A stretch of DNA of 64,000 nucleotides from an uncultured Planctomycetales bacterium (lineage in GTDB: Bacteria; Omnitrophota; Gorgyraeia; Zapsychrales; Fredricksoniimonadaceae). The stretch covers positions 64,770-128,769 of the forward strand of contig CAZFNI010000002.1 of the NCBI GenBank assembly GCA_964520655.1, in the 5' to 3' direction. This document shows positions 1-11,874 of the stretch, piece after piece. Position numbers and translations under genes: made by a program. How positions within the stretch are numbered: position 1 is the stretch's first letter; each line of letters opens with the position of its first letter. Below the pieces are notes generated by a model. The model did no database searches and was not told the origin of the DNA. It worked only from the letters and a program-made list of their open reading frames with translations.

Positions 1-252
1 ACGGACATTGAATTGAACGCGAGAATCTCCCTTAATGATCTCACCGCATTCATAAGGAGAATTCTTTAATTGGCTTGGTGCCTTGGGCCGCAGGAAAAAA
101 GAGACCGCAAAGGCAGAACCGACAAAGGCGATGCCAAGCAAAAAGAAAAAGACAATGGAAATGTAATCAGGTAAGACCATATTTTTTTAATGCTAACATA
201 ATCTAAAAAGCGCGTCTACTTCTAAATAAGCTATTTAGATGCGATTTTCTCA

Positions 253-672
253 TTAACGCTTAAATTCCGTCGCTAAGATCAAATGTTTGATCCCTGCTTT
301 TGAGGCGCTGTCAATGACCGTCACGACGAAATCATATTTGACCGCCCTGTCCCCGCTGATGATGATCGAGGGGTCGCTGTAGGTCTTGGCTAATTCCTGC
401 AGCTTAAAGACAAAAACATCCTTATCCAGACGCAAGTTATAGCGTTGATTCTCCAAATAAACATCCCCATTAGCGGTCACGGACACATTGATATCCTTGC
501 TCTCAACCGGGGTCTGGTTGGTCGAGACTTGCGGCAAGGCGATCTTGATGCTGGAGCGGTAGATCAGAGGGGTTGTGACCATGAAAATGATCAACAAAAC
601 CAAAATAACATCCGTGAACGGAGCGATATTGATCTCAGCGATCATCTTTTTTGTTCGGACGCGGCGTTTCAT
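253..672 (-). CDS. exbD: ExbD/TolR family biopolymer transport protein
   Basis: 139 aa; N-terminal single TM (IAPFTDVILVLLIIFMVTTP) typical of ExbD/TolR; immediately downstream of ExbB/TolQ-like gene. Confidence 0.8.
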   Translation of the reverse strand: MKRRVRTKKMIAEINIAPFTDVILVLLIIFMVTTPLIYRSSIKIALPQVSTNQTPVESKDINVSVTANGDVYLENQRYNLRLDKDVFVFKLQELAKTYSDPSIIISGDRAVKYDFVVTVIDSASKAGIKHLILATEFKR

Positions 673-677
673 GCGCT

Positions 678-1307
678 TTATTTCCTCTTAATGCACATTA
701 GATCCACCAGCTCGGAAGCGATCAATTCCATGTCCACCACGAAATTATCGACTTTGCGCATAAAATAGTTGTAGCAAACAACCGCAGGGATCGCCACGAC
801 CAACCCGGCCGCCGTGCAGATCAGGGATTCCGAGATACCCGTTGTCACCACATCCATCCCGCCGGAACCAGCTTTGGCTATATCGCCAAAAGCACGCATG
901 ATCCCAAGCACTGTCCCAAACAACCCGATGTAGACCGCTGTCCCGCCGATCGTCGCCACGATGCTGGTGAAGCGCTCCAGCTTGATCGTTTCCACCGTGA
1001 TCTCGCGTTCCATGGCATTGGAGATGACCTTTTCGTCGTGCCCCTGCAAATGCAGACCTGCCACAGCGACCTTGGCAGTGGGCGTATCAATATTGCGGCA
1101 GATCTCAATGGCATTATGGACTTGTCTTAGGTCATATTCCTTGCGGATCTGGTCCATCAGGTCAAAGCGGCTTACCCTGGAGCGGCGATAATAATAGATC
1201 ACGCGTTCAATGATGACCGCGATCGACACGACCGAACACAGGATCAAGACGAACATGGTGATCCCGCCGGAACCGATGATCTCGAAAATACTTTTGTTAG
1301 CGAACAT
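678..1307 (-). CDS. exbB: MotA/TolQ/ExbB proton-channel family protein
   Basis: 209 aa, 3 TM helices, conserved TolQ/ExbB C-terminal region (GLxGTVxGIMxAF); paired with exbD. Confidence 0.8.
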   Translation of the reverse strand: MFANKSIFEIIGSGGITMFVLILCSVVSIAVIIERVIYYYRRSRVSRFDLMDQIRKEYDLRQVHNAIEICRNIDTPTAKVAVAGLHLQGHDEKVISNAMEREITVETIKLERFTSIVATIGGTAVYIGLFGTVLGIMRAFGDIAKAGSGGMDVVTTGISESLICTAAGLVVAIPAVVCYNYFMRKVDNFVVDMELIASELVDLMCIKRK

Positions 1308-1380
1308 GCTCCCTCCTGTTCAATGCTCTAATAAATGAAGTCAGATTCTATCCGAAAGCAGCCGGACTGACAAACGTTTT

Positions 1381-1602
1381 TCAAAAAAGCCCACGGTATG
1401 GTTCCGACCCGCCGTTGATCGCTTTTAAAAAAGCTGGGAACTTGCGAGGCGGGATCGTCATCTCCGTGACCTTTTCATTAGTCACATCCTCAAAGATCAT
1501 CGTCATGCCGCGATGCCCCTGCTCATCATTGAAATGCTTTACATAAACGCTGTAATGCGCCCCCAGATAATCCCATTCTACCAGGTCTTGCAGTTTAGAC
1601 AT
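1381..1602 (-). CDS. hypothetical small protein (73 aa)
   Basis: ORF only; no recognisable motif. Confidence 0.3.
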   Translation of the reverse strand: MSKLQDLVEWDYLGAHYSVYVKHFNDEQGHRGMTMIFEDVTNEKVTEMTIPPRKFPAFLKAINGGSEPYRGLF

Positions 1603-1625
1603 AGCTTACCCTTTCAATAATAAAA

Positions 1626-2237
1626 TTATTCCGGTCTTTGTTTAATGATGAGCTCACTTAACCCCGCGTAGTTCGATCCGCCGAGCCGGGCTAGCGGATC
1701 AATGGCTTTGGGGTCTATGATCGTTTTACCGTTGTTCGTTTTAACCACGCTGTCATCGATCCAAATGGAATTGATCCGACCCAAGATCATCCCCTGCCGG
1801 TCTTTACCGATCTCCTCGATGCGGTATTTTTCACAGAAGAAAGCGACCTTTGGGCCTTTAAGTTTTGGCATCGGCTGGCCGTCCACCTTTTCAAGTGATA
1901 GCCCAAGCTGATCAACCTCGGAGACACCATGCGCCAAAGTGGCTGATGAGGCGACCATTGGCACTAAATGTTCAACTGATGGGATATGCACCACGAAGTG
2001 ATCTCGCGCGTCAATATTGACCCACGTATCCTTGCGCGTCTGCTCATCCTTCCATCCGACCGAGAGCATCAGGATCGCCGGGTCAGAGGACACCACATTA
2101 AAAAAAGAGAACGGCGCCAGATTAAAAGTCCCGTTGCCATTATTCGACAGCACCCAGGCAATGGGACGCGGGATGACCGTTTGGGTTAAGGTGTAATAAT
2201 TTTTGCTGGATGATTGTTGTAGACAATTTACTAACAT
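1626..2237 (-). CDS. flavin reductase-like FMN-binding domain protein
   Basis: PRPIAWVLSNNGNGTFNLAPFSFFNVVSSDPAILMLSV matches flavin-reductase/split-barrel signature; start moved to internal Met (MLVNCL) to avoid overlap with next gene. Confidence 0.7.
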   Translation of the reverse strand: MLVNCLQQSSSKNYYTLTQTVIPRPIAWVLSNNGNGTFNLAPFSFFNVVSSDPAILMLSVGWKDEQTRKDTWVNIDARDHFVVHIPSVEHLVPMVASSATLAHGVSEVDQLGLSLEKVDGQPMPKLKGPKVAFFCEKYRIEEIGKDRQGMILGRINSIWIDDSVVKTNNGKTIIDPKAIDPLARLGGSNYAGLSELIIKQRPE

Positions 2238-2884
2238 ACCGCCTGCCAAAACTCCTTCGTGTCCACATCCATGATCGTCAACTTTCTGCCGTGGCCGGCG
2301 CCGGTGTCCATGGCCCAGACATTGCAAAATTTCTGCGGGGTGTCTTTGCCAAATTTGATCGTCGGAGTGTGTCCGAGATAGATCTCATCAAAATAGCCGA
2401 TCTTCCAGTCTGGATTTGAGACGTTTAGTTCTTTGGCCTTCATGATCAATGTCCTGTCCCAAAGCAGCGTATCCTTTGATGTTTCCTCCAACGGATATTC
2501 CGGATTAAAACCACCGTGGACAAATAATCTATTACCCTCCATAAACCATAGGCTTGCTCTGGTTAGAAATTGGATATGCTCTTGAGGCATCCCGGTTGTT
2601 TGATACGATGCGACCGTCGCACTGCCGCCTTCGCTAAGCCACCCATCAGGCGCTTTGCCGCTTGTGGCCCATTCCAAACTCCACGCATCATGATTGCCTA
2701 AAATGTAAATGCATTTGGGGATCGTGATAAGTTCGTCGATGCATTCCCTCACCTGCGCCCCGCGGTCGCACACATCGCCTAAACAGATCAGCCTGTCTTG
2801 GGTTTTATCGAATTTAGAAAGCTCTAAACATTTTAATAATGCTTGATGGGCTCCATGGATATCAGCAATGACAAATGTACGCAT
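2231..2884 (-). CDS. metallophosphoesterase (PPP-family Ser/Thr phosphatase / ApaH-like)
   Basis: N-terminal DIHG, later GDxxDRG and GNHD motifs of calcineurin-like phosphoesterases. Confidence 0.75.
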   Translation of the reverse strand: MRTFVIADIHGAHQALLKCLELSKFDKTQDRLICLGDVCDRGAQVRECIDELITIPKCIYILGNHDAWSLEWATSGKAPDGWLSEGGSATVASYQTTGMPQEHIQFLTRASLWFMEGNRLFVHGGFNPEYPLEETSKDTLLWDRTLIMKAKELNVSNPDWKIGYFDEIYLGHTPTIKFGKDTPQKFCNVWAMDTGAGHGRKLTIMDVDTKEFWQAVC

Positions 2885-2891
2885 ATGTCCT

Positions 2892-3503
2892 TTATGGAAT
2901 TAGTTCTTTGAATGCCGCATGTTTATTGATCAACTTGATGGCCTGCCCGACCAAAGTCTTGCCCGGCTCTTTTCTGTGCCAGGGGCTTGCTCCTGATGGA
3001 TGAGCCAAGGGAATGACATCGAAATGATGACCGTCATAGATTGTTTTAAATTGCTTACCCACCACATGTTCAAGTTTTTCGAATTCTAGAAATTGTGATA
3101 TCGCTAGTTTCCCGACCGGGATCACGAGCGCCGGCTTTAGGATCGCCAGTTCTTTCTTAAACCAGGAAGAACAGTTCTTGACCTCATCGGGCGAGGGCGC
3201 TCGGTCGCCGCCTTTTGGATTCTTGCCCGGAAAACAACGGCAGACAGCAGCCATATAGATGGATGAACGAAAGCCAGCTTCCTCCAAACCCGTCCCCTCC
3301 TCAAACCACTTAAACAAGGTTTTGCCCGCGGTCCAGGCAAAGGGGCGTCCCAATTTAGGTTCTTTATCTCCCGGCGCTTGACCCACCAGGATCACGCGGC
3401 TGATAACAGGCCCGCCGCTGACTGGCGGGGCGTGCATTTCTTTACATTGGCGGCAAGCGCGTAATTGCTCGATGTGTTTGGCTAATTGCTTTGTTGTATC
3501 CAA
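2892..3503 (-). CDS. uracil-DNA glycosylase superfamily protein, family 4/5-like (Fe-S type)
   Basis: GQAPG (variant of GEGPG motif A), HPS motif B near C-terminus, Cys pairs (CRQC, CRC) consistent with Fe-S UDG. Confidence 0.75.
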   Translation of the reverse strand: MDTTKQLAKHIEQLRACRQCKEMHAPPVSGGPVISRVILVGQAPGDKEPKLGRPFAWTAGKTLFKWFEEGTGLEEAGFRSSIYMAAVCRCFPGKNPKGGDRAPSPDEVKNCSSWFKKELAILKPALVIPVGKLAISQFLEFEKLEHVVGKQFKTIYDGHHFDVIPLAHPSGASPWHRKEPGKTLVGQAIKLINKHAAFKELIP

Positions 3504-3515
3504 AATGACCTTGTC

Positions 3516-3863
3516 TTAAAGTTTATTGTATTTTGTATGTTTGCCTTTGGCTTTTTCGACCGGGTATTTCTTGGCGTTCTTGATCATTTTTTGTTCAATG
3601 GCTTTGGGAAGGTCGATCTGAAGGTTATCGGCCAGCTCAAACAGATATATCGCCACATCCGCCAATTCATCGGAAAGATCTTCCTTGTCCGTCTTTCCGT
3701 GCTCGATCACCTCTTGCGGGGATTTCCATTGGAAATGTTCTAACACCTCGGATGCCTCAAGCACTAAAGACAAAGCCACATCTTTATGATTATGGAACTG
3801 CCCCCAATCGCGTTCATCGCGGAATTTTCTGATCTTTTCGGTTATGGCTTTGATCTGTGACAT
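3516..3863 (-). CDS. MazG-like nucleotide pyrophosphohydrolase
   Basis: 115 aa; EASEVLEHFQW and ELADVAIYL motifs typical of MazG/dCTP pyrophosphatase family. Confidence 0.75.
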   Translation of the reverse strand: MSQIKAITEKIRKFRDERDWGQFHNHKDVALSLVLEASEVLEHFQWKSPQEVIEHGKTDKEDLSDELADVAIYLFELADNLQIDLPKAIEQKMIKNAKKYPVEKAKGKHTKYNKL

Positions 3864-4019
3864 GAGGCCCTCTTGATTTGATTTTTGGTTATGTTATCAC
3901 ACATAAACTCCTGATAAAAGTAAATACTCCGGCTTGAAATTAGCATAATTCAGCCTTGACTAACGGGGTCTATTTGTTAATCTCTTTATAGATATTAACA
4001 GCAGCAACTAGGAGATTTC

Positions 4020-5153
4020 ATGATCATTGCCATACCTAAAGAAACACTTCAGGGCGAATCCCGCGTGAGCTTTATCCCTTCTTCTGTAGATCGCCTGGTT
4101 AAAAAAGGCGCGCAGGTCATTGTGGAGAGCGGCTTAGGTTTAAGTGTCGGGTTTACTGACGACGATTACAGAAAAGCCGGTGCCACGGTGGAGGGCAACC
4201 GTCAACACCTCCTTTCCCAGGGCGATATTGTGCTGCGTTTGCGCAAACCGCCGATCGAAGAAGTCGGGCAACTCAAAAAAGGCTCTATTCATATCAGTTT
4301 CCTTGATCCATTCAATGAAAAAGACTTGGTCAATGCTTTAGCCACGAATAATATCACGGCTATTTCTGTGGAAATGATCCCACGCACCACCCGGGCTCAA
4401 AAAATGGACGCCTTAAGTTCTCAGGCGAACTTAGCTGGTTATGTGACGGTCATCTTAGCGGCAGAAAGATTACCCAAGATCTTCCCTATGCTCATGACCC
4501 CGGCAGGTACGATCTCCCCGGCCCGTGTGTTTATCATCGGTGCTGGTGTGGCTGGTCTTCAAGCCATTGCGACCGCCAAACGTTTGGGTGCGCGCGTTGA
4601 GGCTTTTGATACCCGCGCTGTTGTTAAGGAACAAGTTCAGTCGTTAGGCGCAAAGTTCATTGAGATCGATCTTGGGGAAACCGGACAAACCAAAGACGGC
4701 TACGCCAAAGCCTTAACACCGGAACAATTGGCCATTCAGCGTCAAGGCATGGCCAAGGTTTGCGCGCAGTCCGATGTGGTGATCACCACCGCCCAGTTGT
4801 TCGGCCGCAAAGCGCCTGTTGTTATCGGCAAAGATATGATCGCGCAAATGAAACCAGGCACGATCATTGTGGATATGGCCGTTGAATCCGGCGGCAACGT
4901 GGAAGGCTCCAAGGTCAATGAAGAAGTGGTCACGGAAAATGGCGTGCGCATTTTAGGGTTGGGTAATTTGCCTGGCCGCGTTGCTGTGCATGCCTCACAA
5001 ATGTATTCCGCCAACCTTCACAATTTATTAGAAGAATATTGGGATAAAGACGCCAAGAAATTCAATCTCAATTTAGAAGACGAGATCATCAAAGGCTGTG
5101 TTGTCACCCATGGCGGCAAGATCGTCAACGCCATGTTAACGAAAACGTCATAG
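4020..5153 (+). CDS. pntAA: NAD(P) transhydrogenase subunit alpha part 1 (AlaDH/PNT domain)
   Basis: 377 aa; Rossmann GAGVAGLQAI; split three-gene pnt arrangement. Confidence 0.9.
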   Translation: MIIAIPKETLQGESRVSFIPSSVDRLVKKGAQVIVESGLGLSVGFTDDDYRKAGATVEGNRQHLLSQGDIVLRLRKPPIEEVGQLKKGSIHISFLDPFNEKDLVNALATNNITAISVEMIPRTTRAQKMDALSSQANLAGYVTVILAAERLPKIFPMLMTPAGTISPARVFIIGAGVAGLQAIATAKRLGARVEAFDTRAVVKEQVQSLGAKFIEIDLGETGQTKDGYAKALTPEQLAIQRQGMAKVCAQSDVVITTAQLFGRKAPVVIGKDMIAQMKPGTIIVDMAVESGGNVEGSKVNEEVVTENGVRILGLGNLPGRVAVHASQMYSANLHNLLEEYWDKDAKKFNLNLEDEIIKGCVVTHGGKIVNAMLTKTS

Positions 5154-5161
5154 GAGCTATC

Positions 5162-5446
5162 ATGGAACTAGTTTATCTATTATTCATCCTCACCCTCTCG
5201 ATATTTCTAGGGTTCGCGTTGATCTCACGCGTTCCACCGCTGCTTCACACCCCGCTCATGTCGGAAGCCAATGCCATCTGCGGGATCATCATCATTGGGG
5301 CTTTAGTCACGGCGGGTGTACAAGCAACCGGTCCGCTCACGATCTTCTTGGGAGTTTCAGCGGTCGCTTTGGCAACCTTTAACGTGGTGGGCGGCTATTT
5401 AGTCACGGAACGCATGCTAAAAATGTTTAAAAAGAAGGAAAACTAA
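5162..5446 (+). CDS. pntAB: NAD(P) transhydrogenase subunit alpha part 2 (membrane)
   Basis: 94 aa, hydrophobic, located between pntAA and pntB. Confidence 0.85.
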   Translation: MELVYLLFILTLSIFLGFALISRVPPLLHTPLMSEANAICGIIIIGALVTAGVQATGPLTIFLGVSAVALATFNVVGGYLVTERMLKMFKKKEN

Positions 5447-6822
5447 TGAATATCGAGATCATCACTAATCTGGTTTATATTGTCAGCGCCTGTTTATTCG
5501 CTTTTGGTTTAAAATTCTTAGGCTCACCGGTCACCGCTCGTCAGGGAAACACTCTCTCTGCTGCCGGTATGCTGTTGGCCGTTTTAGCCACTCTAGTGGG
5601 TAGTCATATCCTTACCTATCAATGGATCCTCATTGGTGTTGCCATTGGCGCTGCCTTGGGAACCTTGGTCGCCTATCGGGCCGCCATGACCCAAATGCCG
5701 GAGATGATCGCTCTCTTGCACGGTTGCGGCGCGTTGGCTTCCGTATTCGTTGATTGGGGCGCCTATCATGTTCATGGGGCTGAGAATTTAGTCGAATCGA
5801 TCTCGCTTTATTTATCCATTGTGATCGGCGGCTTGACCTTTACCGGCAGCGCGGTGGCCTGGGGTAAATTAAGTGAACGCATTTCCGGTAAAGCCATCCT
5901 TTTCTCCGGACAGCGCTTGGTCAACTTTTTGATCATCGCGGGTATCTTGATCTTAGGCGCCCTGTTTTTGATGGACCCGACCAAATATCCGATCTTCCTT
6001 GGCATTTTGGGACTCTCTTTCTTATTCGGTATTTTCTTAGTCATCCCCATCGGCGGCGCGGACATGCCGGTCGTTATCTCGGTATTAAACAGTTATTCCG
6101 GGGTTGTGGCCTGTACGACGGGGTTTGTTATCCACAACACGCTGTTGATCGTTGTTGGCGCGCTCGTTGGGGCTAACGGGATCATCTTGAGTATCATCAT
6201 GTGCAAAGCCATGAACCGCTCGATCGGTAACGTTATCTTTGGCGCCTTTAAAACGGTCGTGAAGAAAAAAGAATCCGGCGAGAAAAAAGAGGCTAAATCG
6301 ATCAACTTGGAAGACGCTTTCTTGGTCCTTGAGAATGCTAAGTCGGTCGTGGTTATTCCCGGTTATGGTCTGGCCGTCGCTCAAGCCCAGCACGCAGTGC
6401 GTGAACTTGGTGAACAATTAGAAAAGAACGGCTGCGACGTGAAATATGCCATCCACCCTGTGGCCGGACGTATGCCCGGACACATGAACGTTTTATTGGC
6501 CGAAGCGAATATTTCCTACGATCAGTTGATGGAAATGGATGCCGTTAATCCGTTAATGGAGAACACGGATGTGGCCATCATCATCGGGGCCAACGACGTT
6601 GTTAACCCGGCCTCGCGTCACGATAAATCAAGCCCCATCTACGGCATGCCGATCATCAATGCCGATAAAGCCAAAACGGTCTTTGTGCTCAAACGCTCCA
6701 TGGCGACCGGTTTTGCCGGTATCGAGAATGAACTGTTCTATTATGACAACTGCCGAATGATATTCGGTGATGCGAAACAGACGGTGCAGGCTTTAGTCGC
6801 GGAATTCAAAAGCGGGCATTGA
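5446..6822 (+). CDS. pntB: NAD(P) transhydrogenase subunit beta
   Basis: 458 aa; N-terminal multi-TM plus C-terminal NADP(H)-binding domain (GYGLAVAQAQ). Confidence 0.9.
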   Translation: MNIEIITNLVYIVSACLFAFGLKFLGSPVTARQGNTLSAAGMLLAVLATLVGSHILTYQWILIGVAIGAALGTLVAYRAAMTQMPEMIALLHGCGALASVFVDWGAYHVHGAENLVESISLYLSIVIGGLTFTGSAVAWGKLSERISGKAILFSGQRLVNFLIIAGILILGALFLMDPTKYPIFLGILGLSFLFGIFLVIPIGGADMPVVISVLNSYSGVVACTTGFVIHNTLLIVVGALVGANGIILSIIMCKAMNRSIGNVIFGAFKTVVKKKESGEKKEAKSINLEDAFLVLENAKSVVVIPGYGLAVAQAQHAVRELGEQLEKNGCDVKYAIHPVAGRMPGHMNVLLAEANISYDQLMEMDAVNPLMENTDVAIIIGANDVVNPASRHDKSSPIYGMPIINADKAKTVFVLKRSMATGFAGIENELFYYDNCRMIFGDAKQTVQALVAEFKSGH

Positions 6823-6827
6823 TCGAA

Positions 6828-7787
6828 TCAATCAGTGATCGTCCCTTGAAGAAGCTTAAGTGCGTAGGTGATCTTGACATCGCGCCAGCGCAGGAAAATA
6901 ACCTCTACTGTAATGCTTTGGCCGGGAAATAAATTCAATCCATCCACAGGCGTGAGACTCACCTTATCAGCGTAAGCACGAGCCCCGTCGCCCACATCCG
7001 TGATCGACAATTGCAACGGCCCGACAAGCGGCAGATCCGAAATATTAGTGACCACAACCGGTATAATGACCCTATTGCCGTTAAGTTCTTCTTGCTCTGC
7101 CCCCATTTTAATGGTGACTTTCGCTGTTATATCAACCGGCGGATTAGGATGCTCTGCATCCTCGATCACAAACATCACAAAATCCTTTAAGCCCTGATTC
7201 TCAACGCTGATCACAGCATTGCCCTTGCCCACGATATTGCAAAGTCCTTCCGTGTTGGGCAACACCACCTTGGGATCGCTGGATACATATGTCGTTCCCG
7301 TTACCGATGAAGACAGATCCAACGTAATGTCCTCGGCATATTTACCAGAAACATACAGCTGCACATCATTGGCATCAGGCGCTAAGAAATAATTACGCTG
7401 CAAATTGACTAAGGACAACGGTGGGTTTTGAGGTTTTACATTAACGGTGACCTTTTGACCCTCTTTTAGATCGCCGGCATATACAGAAGGATCTAACGTA
7501 AGCGGGCCAGCAAAATTCTTGGGGATCTCAAAAGAAAAACTAAAATGTTTGCCATCAAATTTCTCCGGAGTTAATATCCCTAAACCTTTTACAGCAATAC
7601 TGCAATCTGTGGCATGAAGCCCGGGCAAGATCTCCACCTCAATGCTTAGTTTATCTCCAGGGGAATATTGCACCCCGTCTTTGGGTGCAATGATCTGAAA
7701 ACCGTCATCTGCGGCATGCAGCGTTGGACAAGAAGAAAAGATCAATACAAAAAGAATTTGAAGGATAAGAGACATAGAGGACAGCAC
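6828..7787 (-). CDS. secreted protein with Ig-like/BIG-type beta domains
   Basis: signal peptide (LILQILFVLIFSSCPTLHAADDG), repetitive beta-rich sequence; family not resolved. Confidence 0.4.
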   Translation of the reverse strand: MLSSMSLILQILFVLIFSSCPTLHAADDGFQIIAPKDGVQYSPGDKLSIEVEILPGLHATDCSIAVKGLGILTPEKFDGKHFSFSFEIPKNFAGPLTLDPSVYAGDLKEGQKVTVNVKPQNPPLSLVNLQRNYFLAPDANDVQLYVSGKYAEDITLDLSSSVTGTTYVSSDPKVVLPNTEGLCNIVGKGNAVISVENQGLKDFVMFVIEDAEHPNPPVDITAKVTIKMGAEQEELNGNRVIIPVVVTNISDLPLVGPLQLSITDVGDGARAYADKVSLTPVDGLNLFPGQSITVEVIFLRWRDVKITYALKLLQGTITD

Positions 7788-7798
7788 AAGGAAGGTTA

Positions 7799-8167
7799 TT
7801 AATTATTAATTCGATGCAGGGATTTTGCGGCGCGTTTTTTGATCTTCAGATCAACGTATTTAACACCAATATGATAATGTCCGCCCTTTTGCTTTAGAAC
7901 GCGCATGACTTTCGCATAACCGTTGAAGATCTCAAGGACCCCTGACATCACGACTTGGAGCTCAACAATATCCCCAACATGGTACGCAACAGCGCTGGCG
8001 AACAAAGCCCCGCTTAAAGACATGTTCTCCGTCATGGACAACTGCCATAAGGAATCAGCGTCGATCTTTTTTTCCTTATGCTGGACAAGGCGGTGGCGCA
8101 CCGTGATGATGCGTTTAGCGCGGATGCTGTCCCGGCGTTCTTCGTAGATGTGACCGTTGCCTAACAT
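7799..8167 (-). CDS. PilZ domain protein (c-di-GMP binding)
   Basis: RRxxxR-like (ERRDSIRAKR) and D/NxSxxG (ENMSLSGALF) motifs. Confidence 0.6.
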   Translation of the reverse strand: MLGNGHIYEERRDSIRAKRIITVRHRLVQHKEKKIDADSLWQLSMTENMSLSGALFASAVAYHVGDIVELQVVMSGVLEIFNGYAKVMRVLKQKGGHYHIGVKYVDLKIKKRAAKSLHRINN

Positions 8168-8207
8168 GTCGTTATTTTAATACCCTTCGCACTTAGGTCA
8201 ATAAAAA

Positions 8208-9602
<1,395 letters not shown>

Positions 9603-9603
9603 C

Positions 9604-10455
9604 TTATTTTATTGGCGCAACACCCGCCAAATCTCCGATCACATTGGTTAATTCAGAATTCGCCGGAACAACGATCTTCGAATTGGTCGCCAAAGATTTC
9701 TCCACAGCCTCAAGCTTTCTTAAGACTTGAGCATTGCCGACAAAATATTTATTAGCGGCATCATTGACCAATTGAATGGCCAACGCTTCACCTTCCGCTT
9801 CAAGGATCCTCGCCTGCTTGATACCTTCAGCTTTTTTGATCTCAGCGCGTTTTTGACCGTCCGCGGCTGTTTCCGTCGCTGTAGCAAAATCGATCGCCGC
9901 GATCTTTTCGTTCTCAGCCTTAACAACCTTGTTCATTGTTTCCTGAACATCTTTAGGCGGATCGATCTCTTTTAATTCCGTACGAACGATCTCAAGCCCC
10001 CAATTGGCCGTCTCGCGCATTAATATCGCGTAGAGATCGGAATTGATCTTGCCGCGCTCGCTATTCGCAGACTTTAGCGTCATGGTCCCGATGATATTAC
10101 GCAAGGTCGTTCTGGCCAAATTCACGATCTGCCATTGGTAATTCCCGACATTATACTGACAATTTTTTACGCTCTGTTCATCATTCTTGACCTTGAAATA
10201 CACCTGAGCGTCGACCTTCGCGTTAAGATTATCATTGGTGATGATCTCCTGGGGTTCCGCATCAACCATTTGTTCGGTAATATTGACCAAATACATATTC
10301 TCAACTAACGGGATGACCCAGTTAAAACCCGGTTCAGCAAAACGATTGTATTTACCGAAACGTTCAACCAATCCCCGGTGTGTTGGACGAACAATACGGA
10401 TCCCGAAAATAAACGCAAATACAGCAACAACAACCAGTAAGCCGATCAGTTCCAT
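9604..10455 (-). CDS. SPFH/band-7 (stomatin/prohibitin-like) membrane protein
   Basis: N-terminal TM then SPFH domain; coiled-coil C-terminus. Confidence 0.85.
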   Translation of the reverse strand: MELIGLLVVVAVFAFIFGIRIVRPTHRGLVERFGKYNRFAEPGFNWVIPLVENMYLVNITEQMVDAEPQEIITNDNLNAKVDAQVYFKVKNDEQSVKNCQYNVGNYQWQIVNLARTTLRNIIGTMTLKSANSERGKINSDLYAILMRETANWGLEIVRTELKEIDPPKDVQETMNKVVKAENEKIAAIDFATATETAADGQKRAEIKKAEGIKQARILEAEGEALAIQLVNDAANKYFVGNAQVLRKLEAVEKSLATNSKIVVPANSELTNVIGDLAGVAPIK

Positions 10456-11855
10456 TATGCACTCCTTGACTTAAGGATATATTGAGTTAATAAACGCACC
10501 CCGGCCCCTGTTGCCCCATGGCCGAAATAAAAACGACAATTACCGTCAACGTAGGCGCTTCCAGCGATATCCAAATGCGCCCAGGTCGTGTTGTTGGTAA
10601 ACTGGTGCAGGAATTCCGCTGCCGTGCAAGCCCCGCCGCCGCGCACAGAACTTGTGTTCTTAAGGTCGGCGATCGGGGATTTGATATATTCTTTAATTTC
10701 CGGATAGATGGGCAAATGCCAGGCGCGGTCATCTGTTTGCTCTGCGATCGCAGAAAGCTCTTTGGCTAAGCCGTCATTGTTGGAGAAAAGCCCTGAGTAA
10801 TCGAAACCTAAAGCAACGACGCAAGCGCCCGTCAATGTGGCCATATCGATCATGACCTCAGGTTTATAATTCTTGACCACATAGGCAAAAGCATCCGCCA
10901 ACACCAAACGGCCTTCTGCATCAGTATTACCGATCTCAACGCTTTTACCCGCGTATCCTGTATAGACATCACCGGGTTTGTATGCTTTTGAACCGATCGC
11001 ATTCTCAGCGATCCCTAAAACGAACAATAAATTCTTCTTCACATTTAGCGCGATGGTGTTCTTCAGGATACCGCAAACCGCCGCAGCGCCGGACATGTCG
11101 ATCTTCATGGTCTCCATGCTGCCGGTTGGCTTGATGTTCAAGCCCCCGGTATCGTAGGTCATCCCTTTACCAATGATCGCTGTAAAAGGATCATTCTTTT
11201 TACCGCCGGCATAACGCACGATGATCAACTTAGGCTCTTTGGGACTGGCTTGATTAACCGCCAGGTGTAAATTCAATCCTTTGGCTTTCAATTCTTTTTT
11301 GTTGAGGATCTCAAGGGAGACCTCTTTGCAACCTTTGACAAGGTCTTTCACTGTCTTCTCAAGGAATTCCGAGGTCACCGTGTCAGCATTATCATTGATC
11401 AGGTCGCGCGTTAAATTAACGCCTTTGCAGATCGTCGCCGCATCTTCAAACTCTTTCTTTTTGTCAGCGATAATAACAACATGCTTCTCCTTGATCGACT
11501 TGTCATCATCAGACTTGGATTTGTACTTATCCCAAACATAAGCACCGATCATAACCCCTTCGATAATAGCAATGATCGAGCGCTCATCCGTGCTATGCGG
11601 GATCAATTCCACATCTTTGATATTTTTGATCAGGGAGGACATGAGTGCTTTGCGTACTTCCATGCGCAAAGCCGTCAGCGTCAATGATTTCTCTTTTCCC
11701 AGACCAAGAAAGAGATACAGCACTTTGTCCTCAATAACTGGGAACAACTCACCCTTCTCAAGGTCCTTTTTTAACAATTTATGTTTCTGATCCTTGGCCA
11801 ACAGGACGATCACGGCTTCTTTGTTCGCTAAAGACTTGTTTGAAAATGAGATCAC
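10455..11855 (-). CDS. pepA: leucyl aminopeptidase (M17 family)
   Basis: NTDAEGRLVLADAFAYV M17 signature; 466 aa. Confidence 0.9.
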   Translation of the reverse strand: MISFSNKSLANKEAVIVLLAKDQKHKLLKKDLEKGELFPVIEDKVLYLFLGLGKEKSLTLTALRMEVRKALMSSLIKNIKDVELIPHSTDERSIIAIIEGVMIGAYVWDKYKSKSDDDKSIKEKHVVIIADKKKEFEDAATICKGVNLTRDLINDNADTVTSEFLEKTVKDLVKGCKEVSLEILNKKELKAKGLNLHLAVNQASPKEPKLIIVRYAGGKKNDPFTAIIGKGMTYDTGGLNIKPTGSMETMKIDMSGAAAVCGILKNTIALNVKKNLLFVLGIAENAIGSKAYKPGDVYTGYAGKSVEIGNTDAEGRLVLADAFAYVVKNYKPEVMIDMATLTGACVVALGFDYSGLFSNNDGLAKELSAIAEQTDDRAWHLPIYPEIKEYIKSPIADLKNTSSVRGGGACTAAEFLHQFTNNTTWAHLDIAGSAYVDGNCRFYFGHGATGAGVRLLTQYILKSRSA

Positions 11856-11874
11856 AACCTACCTCTTTCTATAA

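Noticed and set aside
445-1191. Plus-strand ORFs (445-768, 961-1191) antisense to exbD/exbB
   Set aside because: Entirely embedded antisense in well-supported genes; no motifs.
3940-3985. Sigma70-like promoter upstream of pntAA (TTGACT-N16-TAATCT)
   Set aside because: Plausible but -10 is weak and several AT-rich alternatives exist; not confident enough to annotate.
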